A stretch of DNA of 64,000 nt from Euglena gracilis (Eukaryota), in the NCBI GenBank assembly GCA_039621445.1, contig CP154954.1, forward strand, positions 44,743,847-44,807,846. The letters are read 5' to 3'. Below, one piece after another: positions 1 to 40,759 of the stretch (positions within the stretch are counted from its first letter, which is position 1; every line of letters starts with the position of its first letter). A program made the position numbers and the translations under genes. The notes under the pieces are model-generated. The model was not told the origin of the DNA. It did no database searches and was given only the letters and a program-made list of their open reading frames with translations.

Positions 1-1284
1 CACATGGCTTTGCAGTTTGCACCTACATTTTCTTTGGTGTTGTATTTTTGGAGCAGATGAAAAAAATTAACCTCTCCAGTGGAAAAGTGCTCAGCCCCAA
101 AGGAATTAATATGTAATTTACATATTTTTTTCCATTTTTTCCCATTTTTTTTTGCATTCCATATTTTGAGGAGCTTTGTTGCATGTTTCGAACAATGTTT
201 GGGGTGTGGGTGACTGGCTTTTTTAGAGTGATTGACTGGTTTTGATGATTGACTGGCCCAGGGGGTCGGGGCAGCAAAAAAAAAGAACCAAAATGACCCG
301 GTGCCGAAGGCGCCAGAAAAAATGAAAAGGATTTGTCCTTTTTTTTTTCACGTTTCTGGTCATTTTTCCCTCGGATTCCAGAGTGGCCAACCCCCGCAGG
401 GGGGGGGGGGGGGTTAGTGATTTACTGTTTTCCGGCGGAAACAAGTGAGTGCCTGACTGGTTTCTGGAAGAGTGGCGTGGCCCCTCCCTCCAGGGGTCGG
501 TCCAAAAAAAAAACTGGACGGTTTGCATTGGCAGTGCTGCGTGGTGGTGTGGCGTTTGTTGTCCGCATCGTGTCGGTCATTAAGCGCTGCTGACTCGTCA
601 CTCGTCCGGAACCCGGTCGGGAATCCTCCCCACTCTCCCCAGGGAGCCTTTCCCCCGCCAGACCGTCTCCATCAGATGCCCCCGGCTGAAGGGAAAGATG
701 TTCATGGCAAAGGCGTGGCGGGGGTCCCTGCGCCGCGTCCACACTGCGCCAGGGGGTGTTGGTGTGCATCCGTTTGTGTGACTTTGTTTGTTTTTCCTCT
801 GTGTTTTTTGTGTGTTGGCGTCACCACAGCGTTAGTAGCTCCCCGGCATTGCATTATCTGTTTGGACCCATGTGCTATTGCTGTGGGGCGTTTGAAGAAC
901 CGATCACATATGCGCATGCAACGCACACACTGGCCCTCCCTCAATACACACACAATATGCAACGCAACGCAACGCAACACATAAATACACTATATGCACA
1001 CACACACACACAACACACACACACACACAACACACAACACACACACAACACACACACACCCACCCACCCACCCACACACAACACACACACACACAGCACA
1101 CAACACACACACAACACACAACACCCACCCACCCACCCACCCACCCACCCACCCACACACACACAGACACACACTCAAACAACACACGGCGCACATAAGC
1201 AAACTGTTCACACGTGTTGTGTGTTAAGTGTTCGCCCTGGCACCAAATCACGCGTCACCGTCCGGGGGTAGAAGGGCTGTCCCG

Positions 1285-2017
1285 GCGCAGCGTGGCGGCA
1301 GTCCCCCGCGGCCTACCCGGAGGAGGAGGACGCGCCCTTCGTCTACGACGCCGCCGGCCCCACCCGCTGCCTAATGGCCCTCGGCCTGCAGGCGCTGTTG
1401 GATGCGAAGCCGGAGGCGCTGCAGACCCCCGATGCTGACCCCGGGGCGGCCACCGCACACCCTCCACCGTGAGTGAGTTCCCCGAGGTTTTGGCCGTTTT
1501 TGGTCTTTCCCCAAAGTTGACCTCCAAAAGTGGGTCCCCCAGACCCCCCATCCCCACCCCTGGTTTTTTAAAGAAAAACCCTGCTGGAGGAGCAGGGGCC
1601 AGTTGTAGTCCGCCAACCTAGGTGCATGGTTCGGCGATTCCAAGTCTATGCTCATGGATTCGCACACGCACGCACACTCACCCGTTAACTCCCTAACTCA
1701 TTCACACACAGACACACACACACACACACTAACTCACTCAATCACTTACTCAATCACCGCGTATAGCATACACACGTGCACACGCGACAGGAAGGATGGG
1801 CACCACCAGCGCGGACGGCACGCCTGCGGGACCCCCCCCCCCCCCGATGGCGGACCCCGCTGGTCGGGCCGACCCGGGCGGCCAAGGGCAACTACCTGCT
1901 GCACACCGCGGCAGCGTCCAAGGCGGCGGATTGCGTGGCGCTGCTGGTCGACCGCCACGTTGCGGTGGACCGCCATTTTGACCCCCGCCTCCTCCTCAAC
2001 GCCCGCGGGGAGAGCCC
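1285..2017 (+). CDS. Duplicated ankyrin exons (~1285-1436, 1884-2017)
   Basis: Near-identical to 10318-11048; one synonymous CTA/CTG difference seen. Confidence 0.7.
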
Positions 2018-2126
2018 AGCCAGGCGGATGCCCCCACCCCCTACCAAACATATTTCATGTGTGTGTGCATGTGCGTGTGCGTGTGTGCGTGCGTGCGTGC
2101 GTGCGTGCACGTGCGTGCGTGCGTGC

Positions 2127-2244
<118 letters not shown>

Positions 2245-3889
2245 ACGCGCACGCGCACGTGCGTGTCCACACACATTTAACCCCCCCCAAAAATGAGACC
2301 CCCTTGGCCGATCAAGCAAAAATCCAAAGAATAAAACGCCCCCAAAGACAGAATCCCCCCCTGACGGCACGAAATGCTGAAGAAGGTGAAATTTCAATTT
2401 TTGGGGATTTTTGGGTTCCAAAAAAAATAGTTGATGAATGTCAAATTGTACCAATTTACATATGGCGCGACGCAAATGCCGAAGGAAAAGTTCTTGGTTG
2501 GTGTTTTTGGGAACCTGAAAATGATGTTTTTTTGGGCCCGGGTCAGTCAAGGATGAATCCTATACACAAGAACCTCCTGGAGGTTTCCAGCAGCAGGCCC
2601 AAAAATAAGACCCGGGACATATTTGGGGGAGGGGGGGTTTAATGCTGCACCTGGGAAACTGCCATGCCCGAGAACCTGTCAGGGTACCTCCAGGAGACTG
2701 TCAGGGTCTTTGGTGCCGGCCGACTTGTCATGAAAAGAAGTTGTCAGGGTCCCCGCTACTAGCCAACTTGTCATTTGACAGTTTCCCCGGGGGGGGGGGG
2801 GGGTATGACCTGCAGGGTCAGTTCTGTTTTTTTTTAAAAGTTGTATTTGGGGAATTTCAATGGCACAAAATTGATTGCCCAAGCCGGAAACACGCCAGAC
2901 AATCGTTTAGCCACAGGCCCGCCTTGCGGGGGGAACTGGCTGATTTTTTTGGGAAGCCCTTGGAGAGGGTCGACTCCGGGACCCGGACAACTTTGGCCAA
3001 AATGTGACGAGAATGACCAAACAAAGTTCAGTGCCAGGTCATTTTTGCAGGTTTTTTCCACCCCCCCCCAGCCAAAAATAGTGACTGGTTTTTGGAAGAG
3101 ATGTGAAGTCAGTACAGAATTGTCTGCTCCCCACTCGACGCTCGACGAGTGAGCAAGCGAGCCAAGGAGCGGTGGTGTTACCCCTGCCTTTTTTTGTCAG
3201 TGATTCGTCTCGCAGCGCATCGCCGGCACAGCGCAGTCCATCCAGCCCAACTGCCGGTGAAAACGGCGTTGTGGCAGACAACCCAACCAAAGACCCCATA
3301 CGGGCGGTTCGGAGCATGGATCCACTTGACCACCAGTGTAACCCCAGGGCGGGATCGCAAATAGGTGGGATAGTGGTGAATTTCCTCCCCAAATATCCTG
3401 GCGGGGTGCCGGGTTATTGGAACCATCTTTTTGCACTTCCCCCCTGCCAGGTCATTTCGGCGCGGTTTCTGGTTTTGTTAAAGGGGGTGCCAGGTCACTG
3501 GAACCAAAACTTTTTCGCCCTTTCTTGCCCCTCGCCAGGTTATTCGGCACCAGGGGCAAGGGGCCCAGAGGTTATTTGGGGGGTTTACCCCCCGATTTTC
3601 TGGTGCGAGCACCCAAAAGCTTTGGACCCCAAAATTGATCCTCCTCTGGAAGTTGGTCCCCTGAGCCCCCTCCCCCCAGTCTAAATGAATCAGAGGGTTT
3701 CTAAGGTTCTGGGGGGTCGGTACCCACCCACCTCCTGGAGACCCTTGGGACTGCATTTTGCATTTTGCAGAGAGTTTACCCTTCGGCCAACCTCGATCTT
3801 TTTCTGTTTCAACTTTGGCTCATTGTGTGTAGTTTTTTTGTTGCTCCTCCTGTTGTATGAGTTGCTTGTTTCTTGTTTCTTGTTCGTTG

Positions 3890-4015
3890 TTTGTTGCTTG
3901 TTGTTGTTGTTGCTGCTGCTGTTGTTGTTGTTGTCGTTGTTGTTGTTGTCGTTGTCGTTGTTGTTGTCGTTGTTGTCGTTGTTGTCGTTGTTGTTGTTGC
4001 TGCTGCTGCTGCTGC

Positions 4016-4093
<78 letters not shown>

Positions 4094-4272
4094 AACTGGT
4101 GGCGGTGTTGTTGGTGGTGTTGTTGTTCAATGCAAACACAAGTCAAAGCAAGCAAGCAAGCAAGCAAGCAAACAAACAAACAAACAAACAATTTAAACAA
4201 ACAACGCAGCAAACAACAGCGATGACGACGACAACGACAACTGCAGCAACAGCAGCAACAGCAGCAGCAACA
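3890..4272. repeat. (GTT/GCT)n tract followed by opposite-sense (CAAG/CAAA/CAR)n
   Basis: Read directly. Confidence 0.95.
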
Positions 4273-4336
4273 GTATTGGAGTGTGGTGTGCAGTGGCATA
4301 CTCTGTGTCTCTGTGTCTCATCGGGGCACTAATCCA

Positions 4337-9770
<5,434 letters not shown>

Positions 9771-10317
9771 GCCAGGGGGTGTTGGTGTGCATCCGTTTGT
9801 GTGACTTTGTTTGTTTTTCCTCTGTGTTTTTTGTGTGTTGGCGTCACCACAGCGTTAGTAGCTCCCCGGCATTGCATTATCTGTTTGGACCCATGTGCTA
9901 TTGCTGTGGGGCGTTTGAAGAACCGATCACATATGCGCATGCAACGCACACACTGGCCCTCCCTCAATACACACACAATATGCAACGCAACGCAACGCAA
10001 CACATAAATACACTATATGCACACACACACACACACACACAACACACACACACACACAACACACAACACACACACAACACACACCCACCCACCCACCCAC
10101 CCACACACAACACACACACACACACAGCACACAACACACACACAACACACAACACCCACCCACCCACCCACCCACCCACCCACCCACACACACACACAGA
10201 CACACACTCAAACAACACACGGCGCACATAAGCAAACTGTTCACACGTGTTGTGTGTTAAGTGTTCGCCCTGGCACCAAATCACGCGTCACCGTCCGGGG
10301 GTAGAAGGGCTGTCCCG

Positions 10318-31094
<20,777 letters not shown>

Positions 31095-33038
31095 CGGGGC
31101 GCCCGGGGCCCCAGCCCGCCATCCACCGTTATGGCGTGGGGCGGAGGGGCGGGCCCTCCCTCCACCCCCCCCCCCTCATCGGGCATCGGGGGGGCCAGAC
31201 CCAGGCGGAGTTTTAAGGGGGTGCCGACACCCCTGGGGTGGGCAGGGGGTGCCTGCCTGGGCAGGCACCCGGATCCGACCCCCAGGGGGGGGGACACATG
31301 GCCAGAAGGGCCTAGGCGCTCGGCCAAGGCAATTCCGGAGCCAAAGGCTCCGGAAGCCCAGAAAAGGCAGAGAAGGCCATTTTTGGGCACGGTTTGGCCC
31401 GCGAACAGGCAGGCACCGACCCCCCCCCCCAGGGTTGGCCACTGGCCACACCCCCTCCCCCTCCCCCAGCACAGATCCCGAGCAGTGGCATTGTGGTGTT
31501 GGGGGGGGGGCAGGGTATGGGACAGGCGCGTTGGGACAGGCGGAGGAGGGTGGGGGCTGGGGTGCCGCCACGGAGGGCCGCTAGGCTGCCGGTTCCCTGT
31601 CCGCTGCTCTATACCCCTCCTTGTCCCTGGGGTCCATTGGCTCTACCCCCCCCCAACGCATCAAACCGAACCAGCTCAAGTCCTCTCACAAGCACATCAA
31701 CACACATGCACACACAAACACAAACACAAAACACACTGCCCATTGTCTTGGGCTGCTGCTGCGCCCAATTGCAGTTCGGCCATGTCTCAGCCTGGTGGCC
31801 AACCCCCTCCCTTGCACCATCAAATGGCCAATTTTTCACAGGATTATGATGCGGTGCACAAAATGCACAGGTGCCACAGCAAAGTGTCTTTTGAAGAATT
31901 TTTTTTGGGATATTGGGACCCACCTGTCCACGCTCCGTTGCGGCATTTTGCGAGATATTGCCCCCCTTGCGATAATTGTGATGGTGTTGGTTTTAAGCCC
32001 CCCGCAAAGAATTCGTCAATCTGGAAACTCAATGAGCACGAAATTTGTGGGAATCCCTGCGACGTTCGCATGGAGAAATTCGACCCGGTGATGTGATTAT
32101 CCATGGATTTTGGAATATCTGGCATCAAGAGAACAGGGGGGTTTTGTGTGCACTCCCCTTGTGGAGTTGGTAAGATCTGTCACAAAAGACAGGGTGATGT
32201 TTTTCAGCCTATTCCGCATCTCGAGGGGAGATCCTCATCAAACGTGCCGAACCTGAACGATTTCACAAAGAAATGGGGTGTTTGTGTGCAACAGATTTAG
32301 GTAGTTTTCTGGCACAGCTAGTATATTTCTCATTGGTTGAAGATTTGCTGATGGGGCGTCAATGATGGTGGGAGGGGGTTGTTTTCACAGGGGGGTCGTT
32401 CTAAATGGAGTTACCATTATTTTTTAGGGCCAGGGACAGTCACGTTACGGGGATTCATATATCACACTTCTGGAGGGGGGAAACAGAGCAGTTTTCTGAT
32501 TATTTTGAGGCATCTTTTTCCCCTTCTATGGTGTATTCTTTGGAGGGACTGGAGTGAATTTTTTGGTTTGGCTTCGACAAATGACCAAAACTTGGGAGGA
32601 AATGTCACAAGGGTTGGTTAAAGTGGCTTTCGGATGACCAAATTCAATCAGCGGTTTGCAACTTTTTTTTATCTGGTTGATTGTTGAAGGGCTTTTGCCT
32701 TGGTTAATTATCTACCCCACCCCAAAATGGTTAAAATATCTTGAGTTTACCAAATGCAGCCCAAAATCAAAAAAGTGACCAATCCCAAATTGGAAAATGA
32801 CGTTTGGTGAGTGAAACAGTGCCGACCACAAACCAACCCCTAATCCGCATCACAAGTCACCAACGGTTGCCACGCCACATTTATGGCTTGGCTACCCTGT
32901 AAATTGCATCCATGTAGCCCCTCCCAAGGCATCGGGCGATGTTTTGCTTGCTGTTTACCGTATGTTCATGGGCATTTGGTGTGCGCGTGCGTGTGTGTTG
33001 TATGTGTGTGTGTGTGTGTGTATGTGTGTGCGCGCGTG

Positions 33039-33073
<35 letters not shown>

Positions 33074-33127
33074 ATGTGTGTTTGTCGTGTGTGTGTGTGT
33101 GTGTGTGTGTGTCGTGTGTGTGTGTGT

Positions 33128-33158
<31 letters not shown>

Positions 33159-33352
33159 TGTGTGTGTGTGTGTCGTATGTGTGTGTTGTGTGTGTGCGTG
33201 TGTGTGTGTGTGTTTGTGTGTCATGTGTGTGTCATTTGTGTGTGTGTGTGTGTTGTGTTGTATGTGTGTGTGTTGTATGTGTGTGTGTCATGTGTGTGTG
33301 GTGTGGTGGTGTGTGTGTGTCGTATGTGTGTGTGTGTCGTATGTGTGTGTGT

Positions 33353-33392
<40 letters not shown>

Positions 33393-33416
33393 GTGTGTGT
33401 GTTGTGTGTGTGTGTG

Positions 33417-33567
<151 letters not shown>

Positions 33568-35009
33568 TGAGCATCGCAGTCTTGTCATCCACCACTCTGC
33601 CCACCCACATTTGTGGGCCGGGGCCGTGCCACCACCGCCCCGTCCCCAACCGCTACCCCCACCACCGCCATCCGCAGCCACCGCGGCCCAGCCTTGCCAG
33701 ACCCTCGGCACGGTCCCCGCCGCGGCGGCCGTCGCGTATCGCGCTGCGCCGCTCGACACGCATCGGGGGGCCCCGCCCCTCCCCCCCCCTCCCTTCCCTG
33801 TCCCCCGGCGCCGCTTCCCATTGAGCACCCGACAGGCCTGGCGCTTCGCGGCTGGGCCACGCTGCCTCCCCTCCCGCCCCATGCTAATGAACCCCTTTGC
33901 CCAATGAAGGGGTGTCCAGACTGGTCACCTTTGAAGCAATACAAAAAGCCTGTACCCCGCATCCGATGAACGCCCCCCCCCCCGTCCGGACCGTCTAGAT
34001 TGTTCTTTTGATGTTCATTGGGCTTGGGGGTGTTGGATTCACCGAGGTGTTGCGATGGATTTGCACCCTCTTTGAGCAGATGCGAGGAGAATCCAAAGCA
34101 TGCACACACTATGCACATTTTTGACGGCGCATTTCCCAAGTGAATTTTTAGGACAATCTTATTACAAAACCATGTTCCAGGAAGTTGCCACTGAGGACTG
34201 TGCCTGATGGGTTGGCATATCGAGTTTTCAAATGTTTTTATTCAGAGTTTATGTTTCTTCACACCACCAAGTACCATATGAATGTTTTTTGCCGGTGAGG
34301 AGAAATTGCGTGCAAAGTAGGTCTACTAAATTTACAACCCAAAAAAATCCGAAATGGTCCAATCAGGGCGTCGCTTCAGCACCCCATCCCCCCGGGGGGG
34401 GGGCAGCCAGCCAGCAGCCTTTTTCTCCCCCCGGACCCCCCTCCATCGACCAACAATTATTTTGCTGCCCCACCCAAAGGATGACTGGAGGGTAACAATT
34501 TTTTTTTGCTTTCGGAGGTCCAAAATTGGGCAAAAATGGGTGGGATTCGGGCTGCCAGGGCAAGTCTAGGAAGAAAAATTAACACCCCGTCCGTGAAATT
34601 GTCCCACCCAGGCAAATGTCCCTTGGCCGAACTCAATGGTTCTTCGTGATGTGTCCAACAACTACCACCCCCCTCCCCGCGCTGCACGGCAGTCCCCGAA
34701 ACCATGGGGGGGGGGGGGCACTGGGCCTTCCAGTGCAGCCCTGCCCGGGGTAAGCAACTTTCTCTGTCCAGCATTGTTGAGGGGCTTCTGGATTTTCACC
34801 TCCAAATTTCAGCCGAAACATTTCAACCCAGCTGGATGTGGACTTTTTTTTTACCTGCTTTCGGGTACCAGTCAGGTCCAACTGCTGGACCTGCTCTCCC
34901 CCCCCCCCCGGACCCACCCCCTGGGGAGGGGGGGGGGGGGTCCAGCCAACGCCTTTTTCCCCAGCCAGCACGTTTTTCCAGCAGTCCCACAGGACCCCCC
35001 AGGGGTTTT

Positions 35010-35406
35010 TACCCCCCCCCTATGTCCAACGACCACCCCCCCCCCGGTCAGAGGACACCTTTTTGGAGGTTTGGCAAAAATTTTGGTCCCGGGCCGAAAA
35101 TTTTTGTGCCCAAATCGGTCAAAAATTGGCCAAAATGCCATTTTTAGCACTTTTTGGACAAAAATTTGTCAAAATTGCCCAAAATTTTCGGCGCAAAGCG
35201 CTGGAAGGGGAAATTTGACTTTATTTGGGGGGTGGGGTCCCGATTACCCGCCAACATTTTTTTTGACACCTTGTCCAACGACCACCCCCCCCCCGGTCAG
35301 AGGACACCTTTTTGGTCACTACCTATGTCCAACGACCACCCCACCCCCCCCCCCGGTCGGAGGACAGAGGTTACCGGTCGTTGGACATAGGGGGGGGGGG
35401 AGGGTA
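35010..35406. mobile_element. TIR element (MITE-like)
   Basis: TA-C-run-TATGTCCAACGACC ... GGTCGTTGGACATA-G-run inverted ends with internal TGTCCAACGACCACC repeats; no clear TSD. Confidence 0.55.
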
Positions 35407-37332
35407 AGAAAACCGCTGAGATGGATGGGAATGGGGGTTTGGGTTGCTGGGGACAGTTCTATGTTATGCTTTGGTTTACCATTCTCAGGACTTGAATTAA
35501 TCCGAGTGGGGATCCCGCCATAAACCCCCCCCCCCCTGAACAGAAGCCCTCGGGGCTTCTATTCAGACCGTTTGGTCGAAAACCGAGGAGGGGGCTTCTA
35601 TTCGGACCAATGGTCAAAATCCGAGGTGGGGATTCTATTCGGGGGGAGGGTTACCGCCCAAAGCGCCACCGCCTCAGACGCTCATTGGGAAGCAGCAGAA
35701 AAGGTTTGGCGTCCCCACGAGGAGAGTTCCACTTCCCTCGTCCCACATATGGGGTGTTCCCAACTCCTCCTGACTGACCCCTGTGTACCTCTCTTTTGAG
35801 GGTCCACATCACCTATTCACCTGCTCTGGAATCTGTTGGCATCCTGCCTTATATGTTGAACACGGTTTGCTCTTTTGTGAACCCAAAAAAAATCCCATTG
35901 GCATGCATTGAGCTTCGCAATGCGCAATACGTCGCAAGAATTTTTGCACCTTCATCCCAGTGGGTTATTATGGGCAAGCACCTCGGCAAGACGTGAGCGA
36001 TGCTGGGCGATGTTGGGCGATGCTGGATTTTTGGAGACCAGAGGTGGGGTCCCATGCTGGGCGATGGGCGATGCTGGCATTTCTTGTATATTTTGAAGAA
36101 TTGAAAAGGTTAGAACAAATAAGCAATCATTAACCACAATTCTCTTCTATCAAACCCATTGTTGCCATTTTGGAGTAATTCTTCTCTAATTTGTGGACCA
36201 CTTTGTGATGATTTGGGCAAACTTTGGGTATGGCATTTTTGGCCGTTTCATGCTTTGGTGGTTTTGGGTCGTCGGTCATTTTGGCCACGTTTCGGGGCCT
36301 TTTGTGGTCGCTTTGGGGCTTCTGTGGTCATTTTGGCCTGGATACTGGAAAAGATGGAGCGGGTGTCTCGTACTCCCTCGAGGAAAACCGCAACGGGAGG
36401 AAGGGACACCGAGGGCGAAGCACAAAGACCTTGTGAGGCCATGCCTTGCTCGCCGGGTGCCTTGTTTCGCCGGGTTCAGCTTACTGGCAATTTCCCCTTC
36501 GACACCCAGAAGAAAGGACAGAAAACGCGTCAGAAGAGGTTTCAAGCAAATAATTAACACGAAATCGATATCCAGGAGGACGCGTGCCAGAAGAACATAA
36601 ATGGACAATTCAATCATAAAAATTCAAAAATTTTATTCCAATGAAACATGAAGATTCAAAGAAATCGGATTCATGCCGCCGGCGTGGAGGGGCAGCAATG
36701 GCCGCAGAAACTGTAAAAATTGACCGTGCGGACAAACCCTGACGAACCATTGCCGCCGCCCCCAAATTCCCACAGAAAACTCCACCCAGTGACGGCTCGG
36801 CCCTTTGGCCCTTGCGGCTCGAAAGCCAAGGCATTCAAAGTCAAAAGGGACCATCGGACTCCCACGGCGAAGGAAGGGGAAGGAAGAGACGAGGAGGGCG
36901 AAGCACAAGAAGATGGCGAGGTCCTTCTTTCTTTTACAACTATTGTGTTCTGGTTTGTGGTGTGTGCGCAGGGGGGAGGGTGCTCCTTACTGCGCCGTTG
37001 TTGCCGGGATCGGCGATGATAAGGCCTCCGCCGATACCTTGGAGAAGCTGAATCCCCCCACGGGGTCGCTTGGTGGGGAGCTCCCGTTCTGGCGGGGATT
37101 TCTGTCTCTTTCTGGTGATTTTCTGGGTGGGGCTTTTTTGTTGCTTGGCAGGGCTTCCCCTTTCTGGCTGGGACGTCTTTATGTGTCTGGTGTTTCTCTG
37201 GGTGGGGTGGGGGGGTTGGCTCACCATCTTCTTGTGCTTCGCCCTTCTGGTCCCTTCCTCCCCTTTCCTGGGAGTCCGAGGCGAGTCGTGAAGTCCGAGA
37301 CCATTCGGGCTCCGCACTGCGAGATGGTGAGG

Positions 37333-37733
37333 TAAACCCCCCCCCACTTATAAAACCGCCCACCAATAACCCCCACCCCCCACCTATAAACCCCCCCCCC
37401 CTCGGGCCGACCAACCAAACCGGGACCTGTAAACCCCCCCCTGGGAAGAAAAATGACAGCCGCCGGGGACGATTTTTTTGGCCGCAGACCACCCAAAAAC
37501 TAATTTTTGGGCAATATTTTGAGACCGACCACCTTCAAAACTGCCTTTTTTGTCCAAATTTGCCGAAAACTGCCAATTGCGGGGTTTTTGGGGTCATTTT
37601 GGGGGTCGGATTTTCACCAACAATTCCGGGACCTATAAACCTCCCCCTCACTTATAAACCCCCCCTTCGGCCGGCCAACCAAACCGGATCCTATAAACCC
37701 CGGGGGGTTTATAAGTGGGGGGGGGGGGGTTAC
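37333..37733. mobile_element. MITE-like element with TATAAACCCC repeats (relative at ~22100-22350)
   Basis: TAAA-C-run-ACTTATAAA ... TTTATAAGT-G-run-TTA inverted ends; no TSD found. Confidence 0.5.
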
Positions 37734-37779
37734 TGTGCACCACTCCTCTCTGGGCCATAATCATTTTTTACTTTTTGAC

Positions 37780-38830
37780 ACGACCTCCAGCTTCAAATAA
37801 TGAGCTTGGAAGGCCCAAAAAAATTTCCACTACTTCTCCACCTGCAAACCAGCATATTTCCACCATGAACACGATCCCCTCTGGTGCTGTGGGGATTCCA
37901 ATGGGAGGTGTCCACACACCCCCCTCCGTCAAACTTATTTGGTCAGAGAATTCACTCTGCCTGACATTCATTCACAAAGTCCTTTTCCCATCAAAAGAAC
38001 ATAAATTATTTTTGTGTCCAACCATGTGCGCTTTCCTCCCCACACATCCTTGCAACAAATCCCAGGTGCTTATGAGTGGGTTCTATGGAGATTCACAACC
38101 TCCTCCCACCGGTGGTACTGCCATCCTTTTCTTTGAAACAAGATGTTTTTTTTTCTCCCAGAGAACTGATTTTTTGCTTGGTTCTGGCTAGATCAACCCG
38201 GCTGTGAAGGGCTAGCAACCTCCAACAAATAGTCAATCTCTTTCTCAGGCCTTTCCAATACCATTTTAGAGAGGGGCTCAGAATGTTTGTTCAATTGCAT
38301 CCGAAACATTGATGGATCCCATTCACACATTTCAGGCTATTTGAAGAACATTTAATGGCACCAACATGATCTCGAAGCTCAGTGGGTCACTATTAATAGA
38401 CGAGTTAGTTCTGGATCTAGCATTAATATCTGGAACTGCTCCGTAAGCATCCTCCGGGGGGGGGGGTTGCATAAACTGGTGGGAGACCCCTTAAATCTGC
38501 CCTCAGTGCATCTCCCAGAAAACCTCCTTGGTGGGGCAATCTACAAATGAACTTTTGAAATATCTTGTTGCTGAGAGTACAAGTACATGTCCACATCTGG
38601 GGTGATGTATTTTTTGAAGTATTTCAGGATCTTGTGAAAAAATGTTTACGTTTCCTTGGTCACGGAGTCTGCCACTGCTCCTGGGTGTGAACCCAGAAAC
38701 CACTTGCAAATTGAATTGTTTTCTTGGCAATGGTACAGAAGTGGTTTCAAAATGTAATTTAGATATGGATTTCTGCCTCCTCATTTTGTTAGCTACCTTA
38801 CAGATACCTGGATGTAAACGTGGAGAACAA
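37780..38830 (-). pseudogene. Second DIRS remnant (YR and MT fragments)
   Basis: 37884-38290 aligns by eye with 40760-41160 and contains PHSTRG; an MT PVYA fragment lies at ~38465-38490. Confidence 0.7.
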
Positions 38831-40627
38831 TGGTTTCTTTGGGTTTTGCCACTTCCTGGAACCCCCCCCCCGAGGAAGGTTCTTTTGTGACAAGTTTCGG
38901 CGGGCTCACTTGGTGTTTGTGCTTCGCCTTCAGTGTCCCTTCCTCCCCTCTCGGTCTGCCTCGGGGGAGTGCGAGACACCTCGGGCTTCGCACTTCCCCC
39001 AACTGAGGTTGACTGTGCACCACTCGGGGAGGGGGGCGGTTCCACGTAAGAAATTTTAATATTAAAGCGTGCTCAAAGTTTTCTTGGGCACCCAACTCTG
39101 ACAGTGGGAACAAAAGACTTCCACAACTTCCCATTGAAAAATCTCACAAACCAATTCTGAGCTCAAACACATTTTTTAGATCATGTTCACTCCTGCCCCC
39201 TGGCAGAGGGAGGGCCACAAATACGGGAATCAATCCCAAAACTTCTAAGACATTTTTTTGTAAAAGATGCAATGGTGTCCGTCTTGATACCCCTGAAGGA
39301 GGTTTGGGGGGTCAAAAACACATGCCCCCTGTTGGGAAATGGTCTTTTTTGCAAGGGCCACATATTCTTTTAAAACGTGAAAGGGAGAGAGTTAGGTAAT
39401 TTTTGTTAAAGAAACCATTGTTTACAATCTTGCTATTTTGTGACCGTTTCTCCGAATTTTTGCATAAGGAGTTGAGCCTAGTAAACTTGCACAACGTCTC
39501 ATTTCTGATAAATGAGAAGATCTGAGCAACATCAATAATGGACAACCCAGAATCAAGTGCAAATGTAACTGTGACAGGTTGTTCTGAAGGGTGGTAAACG
39601 GAACTGAGGCCAGACGAGCTGCAAAAAGCTCAGTTCTATTGTGGGGCAGGTCAGAAGCTACTTAGTTTACATGCCATTTCTCAAAATTTTAAGAGATCAA
39701 TTTTGCAAAATGGTGGATTTGCACACCAGTTGGGGTTGGGACCACATCCGCCATTCCCATGGGGTCTAGGATCAAATTATTTTCACAGCCAGGTGTAGGA
39801 AGAGCATTTCAATCCAATGCCTCTCAAGAATTGTTCTCAGAAAGAAGCACCTGGCAGTGGTGGAGGGTCTGGATAAATCTTGAGGTCGAAATGTGAATGA
39901 TTTTTGAATGGACGGACCTGCGTGCCCTTCATATAAACGAAAAGGAGTTCATGTCTGCCGTGGAAACGGTAAACGCCTTGGTCTTCCCCCCCCCGGAATC
40001 GTTTGCACCGGAGCACAGAGCCAGCCAACTCCGGTAAAATCGCAGCACGAATGGTACAAAGCCTAACCTTCCCAAAAACATTCACCTTCAAAAAGACGGC
40101 AAGCAAGGCGTTGCGTCACTTGGTGTTTGTGCTTCGCCCTTGGTGTCCCTTCCACCCCTCTCGGTCTGCCTCGGGGAGTGTGATTACAAGTCAACCACTG
40201 CATCGTGCGGCGGCACGGACGTTGGACAAATTTGACCAGACGGAAAAGGCAAAGGAAAATGTCACCACAGGTCGATCAGACGCCCTCCACTCTATCCATT
40301 CCCCCCTTCCAGGGAACAGATGTTTCCAGCATGGGCTATGGCAGCCGTTCAAATCAACAGCCATGGCAACCAGCAACCGTCATGGCAAGGCGGCCCGAGG
40401 CACATGTATCAACATCAAGATTTGCAAATGGAGGGGAAAGACAAATTTTATACTCTTCCAGAGTGGCAGCCCACAGGTCGAACAGACCTCCCGTCCCCCC
40501 TTTTGTTCACCCCTCAGGGTCAGTGGGAGCCGGACAAGGCATCAGCCCTTCAATCGAATGCTTTAGGGCCATCAATTCAAAGACCAAAATGGAAGATGCC
40601 TGGGACAACACATCAAACAGACCTTCT

Positions 40628-40759
40628 CCCTAAACCGTAACCCTAACCCTAACCCTAACCATAACCCTAACCCTAACCCTAACCCTAACCCTAACCCTAA
40701 CCCTAACCATACCCCTAACCCTAACCCTAAACCTAACCCTAACCCTAACCCTAACCCTA
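40628..40759 (-). repeat. Interstitial telomeric repeat, about 22 TTAGGG units
   Basis: (CCCTAA)n on the plus strand with a few variant units. Confidence 0.95.

Noticed and set aside
3685-4332. PolyQ/N/L/C/V ORFs
   Set aside because: A trinucleotide repeat open in all frames with no coding context.
33600-33900. GC-rich island that might be exons of another gene
   Set aside because: Strand and frame are ambiguous, with no recognisable domain or joinable neighbours.
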